DNA from: Octopus sinensis
Taxonomy: Eukaryota
Direction of reading: 5' to 3'
DNA: 64,000 bases
Assembly: GCF_006345805.1 (NCBI RefSeq)
Contig: NC_043006.1
Coordinates: forward strand, 80,414,001-80,478,000
Shown here piece by piece: positions 1-12,729 of this stretch (positions are counted from its first letter, which is position 1; each line of letters begins with the position of its first letter). Both the position numbers and the translations under genes were made by a program. The notes under the pieces were generated by a model. It searched no databases, was not told the origin of the DNA, and was given only the letters and a program-made list of their open reading frames with translations.

Positions 1-636
1 AGATTCATTACACGCAGAGAAATCTGTAAGCGTAGCAGGAGACTCAAGCTATATGTTTATGGATCTTAAGACACCTCGACATCAACAGCGTTATAGCCAC
101 CATCAGGAGTCACGTCTTCACATCAGTATCCCAAGTTTATTTTGTTATCTAACATGTTTTAAGCTAAAAGCTATCATGTAAACATTGCGCCAATGCATTC
201 CATCTGTTATTCAAGTATCCAATGGGAAGTAAAAGTTAAGCAAATGTTAAACATCTTCCGTTGGTGTGTTTATGTGCACTTTTATAATGATGGACACCGT
301 CCATAATATCAACATCACTATAAATATTTTACTTACGCTTTAGAAGTTTACATTCGGTTTACAGCAGCAAATCATTTATACAGAAACAAAACCTTAGAAT
401 AAATAGCAAACTAAGTGTATTGTTATTACTGAAAGAAAACTGCCAGTCAGTAGCGGTAAAGAATTAAGTTAAATGTTAGTTTTGCTTAAACGATTTAAAG
501 TCTATTATAACAAGCATTACGTGCGCGCGCAAACACACAACCGTGTGTGCACATATTTACGTATATATTGTCATCTAAATTCGTTCGTTTCTTTGCAATC
601 TTATTTCGATTACTACGTATTTTATGTTTCTTCTTG

Positions 637-736
637 NNNNNNNNNNNNNNNNNNNNNNNNNNNNNNNNNNNNNNNNNNNNNNNNNNNNNNNNNNNNNNNN
701 NNNNNNNNNNNNNNNNNNNNNNNNNNNNNNNNNNNN
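637..736. other. Assembly gap (100 N)
   Basis: Run of exactly 100 N; composition changes abruptly from AT-rich to GC-rich across it. Confidence 0.99.
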
Positions 737-1742
737 GCTCTATACCCGTTAAAAGGAGGGTCTGGCATGCCGTGGTTGATGATGCGCAGACACGCGCTGA
801 GACTGCGACATCTCTGGCTCTATGTAGACGACGGTGAAAGGTAGGGTGGGCATGCCCGTGGTGATGGTGAGACTGCCGTCTTGTGACGGCAGGTTGTGGT
901 CGCCGTTTCACGCTTTCCGCAGCTCGTCTCCATGACCGAACTGCAGTCGTGGATCAAAAAGAGGCCGAGGAAGGGCGAATGGCACCGCGAGTGTCGCGTT
1001 GCTCTCAAGCAACTCTGCCGTCCTGGGTCGACCTTAAGTGACTTCAACACAACCAAAGCATTCTATAGGGGTTTAGTGGAGGGGAGGTACGACGACGAGC
1101 TCGGGGCGAACTGGACGTCGACGAGGAGTACCTGACCCGCCTGTTCGGGACGACTTTCGGGCCAGGCCCATGGACAACTTCCAGAGATCCCTGGCCTGCA
1201 GTGCTACCGAGAAGCGCTACCCGTCGGGATAAGCTCTACAGACACGGCTCGAGAACACGGGGCCGACCTGCCCGAGATGCGGTCAGAGCGACGAAAACCG
1301 TTCTGCACGCACTCGTTCAGTGTCCAACAATTTCCGACCTGTGGGCTTATGTCGAACAACTGCTGTCACGTGTGGGACGAGTCGGTTTATCAGCTGAATC
1401 TATCGTCAATATTGTCACGCCTCCTTCCTTCAAACGGGAAGGAAGAGCTATTTTCATCATCCTTGTGGCTATGGCGAAAGAATGTATCTGGTTGAGCGCG
1501 TCTGAAAGGATTGGAGACAAACACTTTCCTCTCTGGTCAATCTCTCATCAACTTCTTCAAGTACCATTGAAAAGGAAAGTGAGAGTAGAGAGGCAAGTTT
1601 TGTCTAGCGAATGTTTTAAAAAAAGATGGGTGAATGTAGCAAGAATGGCACGTATGAATGACGAAGCCACCTTGAGCATAGTCCTATGAACCCAGAAATC
1701 GAAAACAGAGAGTTGCTTATTTGCAAAAAAAAAAAAAAAAAA
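737..1742 (+). mobile_element. 3' fragment of an L1/Tx1-clade non-LTR retrotransposon (zf-RVT region), frameshifted
   Basis: Across a frameshift near 1292 reads ALP..DKLYRHG..PTCPRCGQSDE/TVLHALVQCP (C-x2-C..H-x4-C of L1/Tx1 ORF2 C-terminus); CpG-rich; A-run at 1725-1742. Confidence 0.8.
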
Positions 1743-2073
1743 GAAATATAAAATGTGACTTCATTGACCGAGGTTACCGTGGTCTTTTCCGTAGGCTTTT
1801 CTTTCCACGGGTAAACCTCACCTGTCCTCCCCTTTACACTTCATATTGACATTTCTGTGATAACGATCCCTATTGATCAATTTTTTTTTCCTCTCCCCCT
1901 TTTTTTTTTTTTTAACCCCCCTTTTTTTTGTCCTCTTTCTCTCCTTTTACGATCCCTTTTGATCGAAACTCCCCTTCTCCCTTTTTTTTTTTTTTTTTTT
2001 AAACTTCAAAAGAAAAGCTCTACCTTGTAATTTGTTCTATCTGTGTGCAGCCCTGTGTGGCTAATAAAGAAAC

Positions 2074-2175
2074 ATATCTATCTATCTATCTATCTATCTA
2101 TCTAAGAAGCTGTGCACACAGACACACACACACAAACATACACAAACATACACATCAACACACAGACATATCTAC

Positions 2176-2247
<72 letters not shown>

Positions 2248-2262
2248 ATATATATATATATA

Positions 2263-2293
<31 letters not shown>

Positions 2294-2297
2294 ATAT
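2074..2297. repeat. (TCTA)n/(TA)n/(CA)n compound microsatellite
   Basis: Direct reading; explains spurious YLSI ORFs. Confidence 0.97.
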
Positions 2298-2307
2298 ACA
2301 CAGCATA

Positions 2308-2935
2308 TATTGGGTCATCCCATAAATAATGCGGGTTTTTATACTTTTATTTTTCAAAATTAAGATAAACAAAGTTGTTTTTTAATCTAAAAGACCCTTC
2401 TTCCAAAATTCACTCGACAGTGACGAAAAATACTCCTCCAGTGCTGTTCTGACCTCGTCTACAGAATTTATATAATTTCCGTCCAAATGATTTTGAAGAC
2501 AGCTGAATAAGTGATAATCAGAGGGGGCAATGTGCAGCGAATATGGTGGATGGGGTATCGTTTCCCGATCAAACTGCTCCAGCTTTTGGAGTGTCATTCT
2601 CGTGGTATGTGGCCGAGCATTATCCTAATGGAAGAACACCTTTCGTTTTGAAATCAAAGATGGTCGTTTTTCTTCTAGCGCAGGAGTCGACGAATGGTTG
2701 AATGACCAAATCCAAGTTTCTCTGTTAGTGTCTCAAGAGTTAGGATGGGATTTTGTTCCACCAGGGCTTGCAGGACGTCCTCGTAGAGCTCTACAGATCT
2801 TCGAGGACGAGGCTTGTCTTCTAGGCTGTAGTTTCCGGCTCGGAATTTCTAGCACCACTGTTGACACAGGCTTACGCATATTGTTACATCCCTGTATACT
2901 GCATTAATATTCATCGCACTTTCCGCACGAAACAA
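2308..2935 (-). mobile_element. Internally deleted mariner transposon remnant
   Basis: ORF 2382-2597 HPPYSLHIAPSDYHLF (degenerate YSPDLAPSDY). Reverse strand 2700-2930 reads NINAVY..QQW.KFRAGNYSLEDKPR (mariner HTH). TA+TTGGGTCATCCCATAAATAATGCGG terminus at 2308. Catalytic core missing. Confidence 0.85.
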
Positions 2936-3293
2936 CAACAACAACAGCAACAACAACAACAATAACGTTAGTTCTCTTCAACTCGCTACTGTATTGTTAT
3001 CAGGTGATTGTCCTCATTGGGGCGCTAAGCATGCTCTCCCCTCATATTTATATGATGTATGTCACAGTAGTATATTGCATCTGATTTCCAAGCCTATTCT
3101 ACAAAGCCAGCGTCAACGCCCTCTCTCGGCGTATTCTTGTTCCATCCCAAGCGATTGCTAACGATAAAAAAGACGTACATAAAACAACGTAAATGTAAAT
3201 AATATACTTAAGCTATAAATTGTTTTGCCCAGGTTTACATTAGAAACATCGCATAAATAACAGAAACAGGAAATTAGACTAGATAAGAAACTG

Positions 3294-3300
3294 ACTACTT

Positions 3301-3347
<47 letters not shown>

Positions 3348-3372
3348 GCTACTGCTGCTGCTGCTGCTACTG

Positions 3373-3446
<74 letters not shown>
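3294..3446. repeat. (CTA)n with (CTG)n interruption
   Basis: Direct reading. Confidence 0.98.
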
Positions 3447-3728
3447 GTTGTTGATCCTTCAGCATGTTGTTTTCTTGATATTCAATTGCCAAACATCGAG
3501 ATGCATCTCACAACTTTTAGGTACCTAACACCTTTCTTATAGACCTCGCTGTAAAAGCAAGCAGGTATGTTATTTTTTGCAACTGCTTTTAAGATTTCAA
3601 TAATAATTGCCGCAAATCTACTTTTAAGGACTTACTGTGAAGTATAAGTTTACGGTAATTCCAGATTTTACGATGTGATATAACATACGACTTCTCGTCA
3701 TCACCGTTATATCTGAACTGTTTTAATA

Positions 3729-5931
3729 GTAACCTTCTGTCTATTAATGGGCTCAATGGACCCATTTCAGTTTTTTTCAGTTGCTTTTTCCTATTGTTTA
3801 TATTATTTGACTCTGCTGATTTCTCGTGACTTATTTTTTCTTGACTCTTTTTTATTTGTCAAATGGGAAAGTTTTCGTATGTTTATAAAAGCTGGAAAAT
3901 TTCACTTTATACATTAATTACTATATGCGCCCATTGAACCCGCAAATTAAATTCAGAAAATACTCTTGTCATTCAAAGCAGAATAAAAGCCGTATCAAAT
4001 ATTATCTTCATAGATATTTAAAAGATATTAAATATATAAAATTGTATTTAATTTATTTGCTGAATTTTAGATAAAATAGGAAAAGTTATGAAAATATTCC
4101 TGTAAATTTGTTTAGTTTTGCATCACCTTCAATCTGCTAGGTTATAGGGTGATGTAATATTTCTGTGTGATGATGCAATTCTTACAATGTATTGCATCAT
4201 CTTTCAGGAGAGTATAAATATGTGAAAGAGCGATACTTACCTTTCGTCTGCTATCAAGTTTCATATAGTTCAGTTGTGCTTTCCAATATGCATAGACGTG
4301 AATATTTGAGTGAAGACCAAATATCAAAAAGGTTATTGGAATTAGATGAAGAATGGGAAGAAGATAGTAGTGATTCCTTCTATTGCTCTGAAGATGATGG
4401 TGAAAGTGATTGTGTGCTGGACAATTTAGGTTCTGTGTCATCAGATGATGAAGATACTCCAAAACAATTTCCTGCAAGCCGCCCAATTATGAATGAGCAA
4501 TATGTTTCTAGAGCCAGACAATATGTTTGGCATTCTAATCATCTTACTTAACCAGCAGTAAGAACTTAATCTTGCAATATTGTGCGCCAAGAATGTGAAC
4601 CCCCCCCATCTTGCTAAAAGGTCTTGCGATAGCATTGAAACATGTTTTACTATCTTTATGCCTCAGAATCTTCTTGAAGTAATTCGTAAATGGACAAATG
4701 TTGAAGGTCAGGTTGTTTACAAAGATAAATGTAAGAAAATTCATCACTTTGAACTAAAGAAATTTATTAGACTGATTATTCTAATAGATGTTTATAAATC
4801 TAAACATGATAATGTCACGCAGCTATGGAGTCAAGAAGATGGCCACCCAATATTCAAGAAAATAATGAGCCGGCTAAGATTTCAGCAAATTTTACAAGTA
4901 TTGCGTTTTGATAATGCTAGTGCAAGAAGAAAAAAGCGAAGTAATGATGAATTGGAGCCCATAAGAGAAGTATTTGAAATGTAGAATCAGATTTTACAAG
5001 ATAGATATGTTCCAAGTTCATGCATGACAGTTGATGAACAATTACAATTAGTTTCATTCAGAGGGCGCTGCCCATTCTGGGTACATATCCTTCAAAACCA
5101 AGGAAATATGGAATTAAAATTTGGGCAATATGCGACAGTGAAACATCTTATGCCTGGAAAATGCAAATCTACACTGGAAACACCCCAGTAAAAGGGAGAG
5201 AGACAAATGTTCAAGAGCTATTGAAGACCTAAGAACTTGAAAATACTGGTTGCAATATAACTTGTGATAATTTTTTTACAAGTCTAGGATTGGCTCGAAA
5301 GCTGCTTTGCCAGGAAATTCCTTTAGTTGGAACAATTAGAAAGAACAGAGTTGAACTTCTAAGTGCTTTCACAAATGGAAAAGAAAGAGAAACCAACAGC
5401 ACAATATTTGGATTTCAAACGGATTCTATGATCCTATTTTATTGTCCCAAGAAAAATGATGTAGTCACACTAATGAGTACAATGCACTCTCAGCCTTCAA
5501 TTAATTCAAAAAGTGCTGAAAAGAAACCTGAATTTATTACATGTTACAACAAAACAAAAGGAGAAGTAGATACCCAAGATAAGATGGTAAGGACATACAC
5601 TTGCCAAAGAAAAAAGGAAGATGTTCTTTTGCCTGCCACCCCCCACCAAAGACAGGAAAACCTATACTACATGTAAAAATTGTAATATCCATGTTTGTCA
5701 AGAACATTCAAATGTTGTCTGCATTCACTGCCATGAACAGCTGTAATTCTGTTATTTTTTGTAATTTTAAAAATTTACAATATATTCTGTAAGCTGTATT
5801 TTTTAAAATTAAAATTTGTGAGAAACAGTAATTCTTTATTCACCTGATAATATATATAATGATAGTATATATTATGTAATGGTAGTTTGTAATTAGTGAC
5901 ATACATTTTTCTCCAGAAGACTAAGGGTTAA
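3729..5931 (+). mobile_element. Degenerate piggyBac (PGBD4-like) transposon with multiple stops/frameshifts
   Basis: Acidic N-terminus, ELKKFIRLII, MSRLRFQQI..LRFD, MTVDEQ, SFRGRCP, KPGKYGIKIW, CDNFFTS, LVGTIRKNR, YNKTKGEVD, C-terminal TCKNCNIHVCQEH; right end AGGG-TTAA (5924-5931), degenerate left end near 3729. Confidence 0.9.
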
Positions 5932-5938
5932 ACGTTCC

Positions 5939-6162
5939 TGGCAGAAACGTTAGCACGCTGGGCAAAATGCTCGGCGGTATTTCGTCTGCTGTTACGTTCT
6001 GAGTTCAAATTCCGCCGAGGTCGACTTTGCCTTTCATCCTTTTTGTGTCGATAAATTAAGTACCAGTTACGCACTGGGGTCGATGTAATCGATTTAATCC
6101 ATTTGTCTGTCCTTGTTTTTCCCCTCTGTGTTTAGTCCCTTGTGGGTAGTAAACAAATAAAT
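5939..6162 (+). mobile_element. tRNA-derived SINE
   Basis: B-box-like GAGTTCAAATTCC followed by GTCGACTTTGCCTTTCATCC body; a reverse-oriented 3' fragment of the same family lies at ~6290-6345. Confidence 0.75.
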
Positions 6163-7170
6163 ATTACACGTTTCTGATGTTCTCTTATTACTCTCCAACT
6201 CTGTATCTTCAACAAAAACTCAACGATATTGCTATTCAATAATTCCTACAACCTGTACAATATATGACTGCGCATATGACACTCCATTTTTTTATTGGCC
6301 ACACATGCCTAACATAGAGGGGACGATACAAGGACAGACAAACATATACAGAGTGTTTTTACATTGGATGATTTATATTTTTCTCTCATGCGTAGCATAT
6401 TGCCGCCGCCCGGCGACGTCTATCTCTGGTGGCACTTCTTGGGAAGTTATACGCCCCAGATATGAAAGGAGAAGTACCACCTCGTCTGTCCTCAGGCTTC
6501 GTACCGCGTGTCGCGGGCCTTTTCTTCGTTTATGAAACGTACCACCACAGAGGCAAACTTTTTACCTCGCGACATATATCTAATGTTCTTCCATATTGAT
6601 CTCGTTGTCGAGGAAGGCACACAATTCAATGAAGCATGAAACAGGCTACAGTTCATATAAACAAAACAATGCGCTTCCCCCGTAGGCTTAAGCATACAGT
6701 TTCAACAAAAACCCTTCTAAGCAGGAATCGGTTTACAACAATAGTTTTAAAACAATATCCAGGCGCATATGATACTCCTCTCAAACTGTTCTGTGCATGC
6801 TCATTTATACTAACTATTATAGTTCACTTAGCCAAACACGGGAGTGGACCGATTCCCCCTAGAGCATGATGTTCGTATTGTTTTGTTCTAGTAATTTTCT
6901 ATTCTCTTACATCCTTCGTTCAATACCCTTCTATTAAACAAACAACAATTCAAGAATATACTCTTTCCTCTTTATTGAATATAACGATGTTTAGGAGTGA
7001 CTGTTGTATTCGTTTGAATTCCCGTATTCCATTGTTCTTTTATATGATCAATTTCAAAACTGTATTGAGGATCACAAATCTCTTAGCCACAGGAAAGCTA
7101 CATTACAGAATGGTTTATCACTACTAAGTAAGTTCTCTTTCTTATCTACAACTCACTTAGTATTATAATA

Positions 7171-7318
7171 GGCGTAGGAGTGGGTGTGTGGTAAGTAGCT
7201 TGCTTACGAACCACATGGTTCCGGGTTCAGTCCCACTGCGTGGCAGCTTGGGCAAGTGTCTTCTACTATAGGCTCGGTATGAGTGGATTTGGTAGACGGA
7301 AACAGAAAGAAGCCCGTC

Positions 7319-7365
<47 letters not shown>

Positions 7366-7613
7366 GTGTGTGTCTGTGTGCGTGTGTTTGTGCTTGTATG
7401 TTTGTGCTTGTCCTCCAAACATCGCTTGGCGACCGATACTGGTGTGCTTACGTCCCTGTAACTTAGCGGTTCGGCAAAAGAAACCGATAGCATAAGTACT
7501 AGGCTTACACGGAATAAGTCCTGGGGTAGATTTGCTTGACTAAAAGCGGTGCTCCAGCATGGCCACTGTCAAATGACTGAACCAAGTAAAACAGTAAAAG
7601 AGTAAAAGAGTAA
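7171..7613 (+). mobile_element. tRNA-derived SINE with internal (AT)n/(GT)n and (GTAAAAGA)n tail
   Basis: A-box-like TGTGTGGTAAG and B-box-like GGTTCAGTCCC; 3' CCAGCATGGCC..TGACTGAA tail with tandem GTAAAAGA. Confidence 0.8.
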
Positions 7614-10600
7614 GCATTAGATCGGTATTACCTCTGGTTTCATTTTCTGACTAATTTGCTCCCTCGATTTACTTTTGTCACAAAGGTTTATAATTCATCT
7701 CTATGAGATCAGTTAGCAATTTCCTGAGCAATGGTAAACATATAACAAGAATATAATTACTGTTTTCGCCACGCCTTTCTTTTTTCTGTATTAAAATTGT
7801 CTTTGTCATTCATGTTGGTGTTCTATTTTATATAGAATTAGTAAGAAACAGTTGTTTATAACTGTACCTCTTTGAGAAATTTTCAACTCAGAATATCTGA
7901 TCAGGAAATATGCTGCTTGTAAGGGTGTAGCGAAAGACCTGCTTAGAACGACTGAAGGAGCGCTGTGAATTTGTCGGGGCAGTATGTTGAATAAAATAAT
8001 CGACTGATCCTCCTGTATTTTCTTTTACCAAAAGCTGGAAATTTTCAACACCCACTCGTTACATTATTTAATCTGGATTTTCATCTGCTGTTTCTAAATT
8101 CAAAAACAAAACACATTCTGTTACCTAAACCGTGTAGAATACATGTTTGTCTTATTATCTGAATCTCTTCCCCCCCACCTTGTTCTTCCACAATACAAAT
8201 CTATGCTTAATTTTTCTTCTTCTCTGCTTTCAGCATACTATGTATGATTCTCATATTACACAATTATAATTTACGTTGGTGATGTTTAGTGAAATAGAGA
8301 CCTGAAAATGTCAATCAGTTTCAACTGAATGCCTGGTATTTGTGTGTATTTGTGTGTGTGTGTGTATGTGCGTGTGTGTGTGTTTTGTTTTGTTCCCCAT
8401 ACTGTAAACATACGGCAAATACTTCGTGACTGCTTTGCGTTCTGTGACTTGCATGCAGAAATTGATCTACACGTATTGGCCCTAACATCATCCGCATCAA
8501 GTTAACTAGATTTATAGAGCCTGCCTATTCTATTTCAAAGACTTACTCTTCAGAAACTTAGAGGAGAAATATATAAAGTGCAGTGATATCAGCAGCGAGT
8601 AAAAATATCTTCACTCATTAATTATTAACAAAGAAAAGAAATCATATTGTCTATAATTGATTACATACGATTACTATGTGAATTTCTCGTTTTTGGACTG
8701 AATAAAGACAGTAGTCTGGTGATATACATGCGTGACAAGTAATGTGATTGAAGACCGTGCGTTTAAACTAAAACAATTGCATCTTGAAAGACACACATCA
8801 TTAAGTAAAGAATATTAAAAACCACATTTATTTAAACACTTTTTAGTTTCACTAGCAGAGAAAAGCTCTCCGGGCGGTTTTCTGTTGGCATACGTGTTGC
8901 GCATATTGATATTATGTATACATAAATTATATATTAAAGTGACAATATGATCATGAATTGAACAAATATTCTGTATCGTTTATTCTGTAATCAGTAAATT
9001 AATCCATGATACATATAAAAAAGACGATAATGAAAATTGTAAAAGAGATGAGACTGTCAAGGGAAAATGTTCATAAATCTTTCCTTGAGTGTATCTGAAA
9101 ATAGATGCTTTGGTGGGAATTAATGGATTACATTTAACAATATAAAGAGTTGTAGTTTGTTGTATTGTTGTTTCATTATATTCACTTATAGACGTCTTAA
9201 GTGTTTCTAGTGTCTCTTTCCTAGCAATAAAAATGAAGCTTAAATACATTTCAATTAAAAGAGAGTAATGAATGTCTCACATCACTGTAGAATTTTTTTG
9301 CAGACACAACTATCAGCAAATGGACCCCTTTTCATTTATCTCGGTTGATATTTTTATATTTTCTTTTCTTGGCGCTGTTGGAAATGCAACATACATCTGA
9401 CCATGTAAGAAGAATTGTGTTGGAAGATGATATGATTGACTAAATAATTACAAAGTTGTACCCCAGCATGACCGCAGTCCATCATAATTTGAAAACTTAA
9501 TTCTATTAGATACGGATTATAGTTTTTGCATTACGTGGTTCTTTTAAAAATAATTTACTCATTTGTTTCGATGTTTATTTTAGCTTTATAACATTTTTTA
9601 CGAACGCGTAGAAAAGCTATTTGTTGACACATGGATTTTAAACGGAAGTTGACATTTAAAACAGAAGTGTATCTTGTAATATTAAGCATTATGATTTATG
9701 TTTAATATGCAGATAAACTTTATAGTTAAACAATTTTAAATATTCATTTATATAAATAGCGTGGTTGGGTGAGAGGACTAAATTGGACACAGTCCTGCAC
9801 TTCTTCAGACATTAGATTTTACTAAGTACGCGCTAGTCACTGACACGGATCCAATGCAACACAATGACTTCTGGAAACGGAATTAATGAGAATGTATGAA
9901 ATGTTTGAAATTATAATATTGCTCCTAAATCGGAAAAGAATTTTAAACAGGAATTATAAAGTTGTCACCGTCTCGTATGGCAAATGAAAGATCTTCAGAC
10001 CTAGAATCACGGACACAATATATTCTTGTGAATAAAAACAGTAGGCCGAGTAATATCGTTATATCATTTATTCCACATAAGATATATAACATATAATGCA
10101 AAATGTTTCCGTATAACATAGATCTTCATATATACAGGATTTAAATTATGCAACGGTTTACCTGTTTATTCGGATCCAGTTGCCTTTATTCAGGTGATAT
10201 ACAATTGCTGTCCCTGTTAGCTACAACAGTTTCGACTTCGATGCTAACATCTTAAATTTTGTATAGCGCGCCGCACACCATCCTGGAATTTCTGCGTACC
10301 TGTGTTATTGCTAGATTGGTGTTGAACCTGCACTAGGTTAATCCGATCTTTCAACAGGTTTTGTTTTTTAATCCTGCTGGATTTCTAGTAACCCTCCTCA
10401 ACAGTGTACCCTGGTGGAAGTGCCCGTTTAGTCGCCGACAACCCGACCATGCGACAGGTTGTACTAGATTCCATGTTACCAGTAGCACTTATGATAGGCT
10501 CATGTAACCTACACATAGATACATACGTACATACACACACATATAATCACATATACATGCATACACACACATATATATACATATGCATGCACACAAATGT

Positions 10601-10949
10601 GTTTACACACATAAATACACCCACATACATACGCACACACACACACACACACATTATACTTACACACATACACTTCTCCACATGCAAGCGTTCGCGTCTA
10701 CATCTACTTTTTTCTACTGCTATGTTAATTTTTCGCAGCAAATATTTGTTGGCATATTTTGTTTATATACAGCTGCATTGTAAGGTTACATAGATAAACA
10801 TATATGGCCGTCTATAGCTGTACACAAATATAAAGATATAAATGTTATACACAGGTGACCTGCAGTTGCAGTCTACTATTGTCCTATATGAACGTATCTA
10901 AATTCACGTAGCGTTCTCATCTGGTTCTTTCTTGGAATATGTTCCATAG

Positions 10950-11900
10950 TTACATTTCATGAAGTTATTACTCAGTGGGTGACGGTGAATTTGGAAGGTC
11001 GTTTCTGTGTGTGTGTGTTTGGTTAGTGTTCGTTAGCTGTGTATCACCAACGGTGTGGCCTGTTTAACTGCATGCATGCATCTGGGTAGTCCTTCAGCAA
11101 ATCTGTTTATAATACGCACTTTCGTCAACATTATGTGTAGTGATTTCTTAGAACATAGTTCGAATTTCCGGGATAGTGTATTATAGAGAATCGTATGTCC
11201 AGTTATTGACCAGATCAGGTCGTATTCTAATTTCTCTTCCTTGAGTCGCCAGACAAAATCGGCCAATCAAGGTGAGTGTCGTTTTCAAAACTGTCGATAT
11301 GGTTTCGGTATCGAGTTTTGAAAATATCGGCCGACGCACCAGTATATACGTACGGACCTCCTCTACTATTCACTGTGCACTTGTACACCACATTTTTGGT
11401 CTTGCATTGGTTACGCAGAGGATATTTCGATTGGCTCCTGCATGAACACAGCTTGTCAGTTTTCCTGTATGCATGTGTGCAGCCAGTACCTGTCAGGTCG
11501 ATGCTATTGACATTCGCTCTCGAGGCTTCATTATTACTCTTTTTTATTATTATTTCTGGGTGTGCTTGTGTTATTGTTGGGTTGTTGTGCTTATGATGTG
11601 TTGGTGGATTACTAAATTTGCTGTTGCAGTGTGTACCCAGTTGGTTAGTGTGATACGTTATGTTGTTGGTATTTTGATTGTCCCTAGGGCTTTCATATGT
11701 ATCTCCGTCAGTTTTTGAGACATTATTATCGATACTGCCGGCAAGCTGTCTTAGTTTTTGATTATTAATCCTATGAATGTTGTGCTCAATATTTGACCAA
11801 TTTGCATACGACAGTTTTACAGTATGCCGGTTGAACAGCTAGCTGTACATACTGTTGAGTATAGCGTAGAATTGTCTCCTAATCCTGTCTCCCGATCATC
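10950..11900 (-). mobile_element. Penelope-like element fragment (RT thumb-linker-GIY-YIG)
   Basis: Reverse strand reads NRHTVKLSY, CSCRSQSKYPLRNQCKTKNVVYKCTV..YVYTG...FKTRYRNH, ADFVWRLKEEKLEYDLIWSI..ELCSKKSL. Confidence 0.85.
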
Positions 11901-11934
11901 AGGATGTGTAGCGAAACTCCACTGTATGTATCGA

Positions 11935-12040
11935 TGTACCTGGTGTGACCTAGAGAGCAAAATGGATGCTACACAACATATTGAACGGAGTCCCAATCAT
12001 AAGGAACAGTAGCTGGAAGGGTCGAAACGATCGTTGTACA
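11935..12040 (+). ncRNA. Degenerate type-I hammerhead ribozyme (PLE-type, long helix II)
   Basis: TGTAC-CTGGTGT-GACC..GGTC-GAAA-CGATCG-TT-GTACA: helix I and II pair, palindromic helix III; core has two mismatches to CUGANGA. Confidence 0.5.
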
Positions 12041-12272
12041 AAATAAAAGATTAATTTCAAATCTATCTTCTGGTTAATCAGTTATCATTACTTGAACTAA
12101 CACTGCGGAGTTCCTGAAGTAAATCCAACGGAAATATACTTCTACTGAGGATGACACCAGGTAGACCAAACAGTGCTTGTGTTCGGCCTAAAGTTTCAGC
12201 ACACTAATCAACATAAACCCATGAGTTCTAAAGATTGCACACACACATATACGCACACAAACACGTCAAAAT

Positions 12273-12322
12273 ATTATTACTATTATTATTATAATAATAA
12301 TAATAATAATTATTATTATTAT

Positions 12323-12373
<51 letters not shown>
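12273..12373. repeat. (TAT)n/(TAA)n microsatellite
   Basis: Direct reading. Confidence 0.97.
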
Positions 12374-12376
<3 letters not shown>

Positions 12377-12429
12377 TGACAATAATATAAGTGGCTAGCA
12401 AGTATTAAACCCCAAAAGGCAAATTTATA

Positions 12430-12567
12430 AATTTATAATTGATTATAATTGAGAGTACACGGATTTCAGTGAAATGGTACCTTATTTGAGTATCTTTCGA
12501 CTTCTATTTCTAGCAATGCTGGTTATTCGTGTACCCTCAATTATAATTAATAATTAATTATAAATTT
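12430..12567. mobile_element. Short MITE-like foldback element
   Basis: AATTTATAATTGATTATAATTGAGAGTACACG at left is the near reverse complement of CGTGTACCCTCAATTATAATT..TTATAAATT at right. Confidence 0.65.
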
Positions 12568-12568
12568 A

Positions 12569-12623
<55 letters not shown>

Positions 12624-12638
12624 ATGCGTGTATGCGTG

Positions 12639-12715
<77 letters not shown>

Positions 12716-12729
12716 TATATAATTGTTAC

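Noticed and set aside
473-911. ORFs spanning the N gap
   Set aside because: Artificial fusions across unsequenced bases.
7171-7250. tRNA genes at SINE heads (also 24715, 57575, 5939)
   Set aside because: A/B boxes only, no complete cloverleaf, and they continue into SINE bodies.
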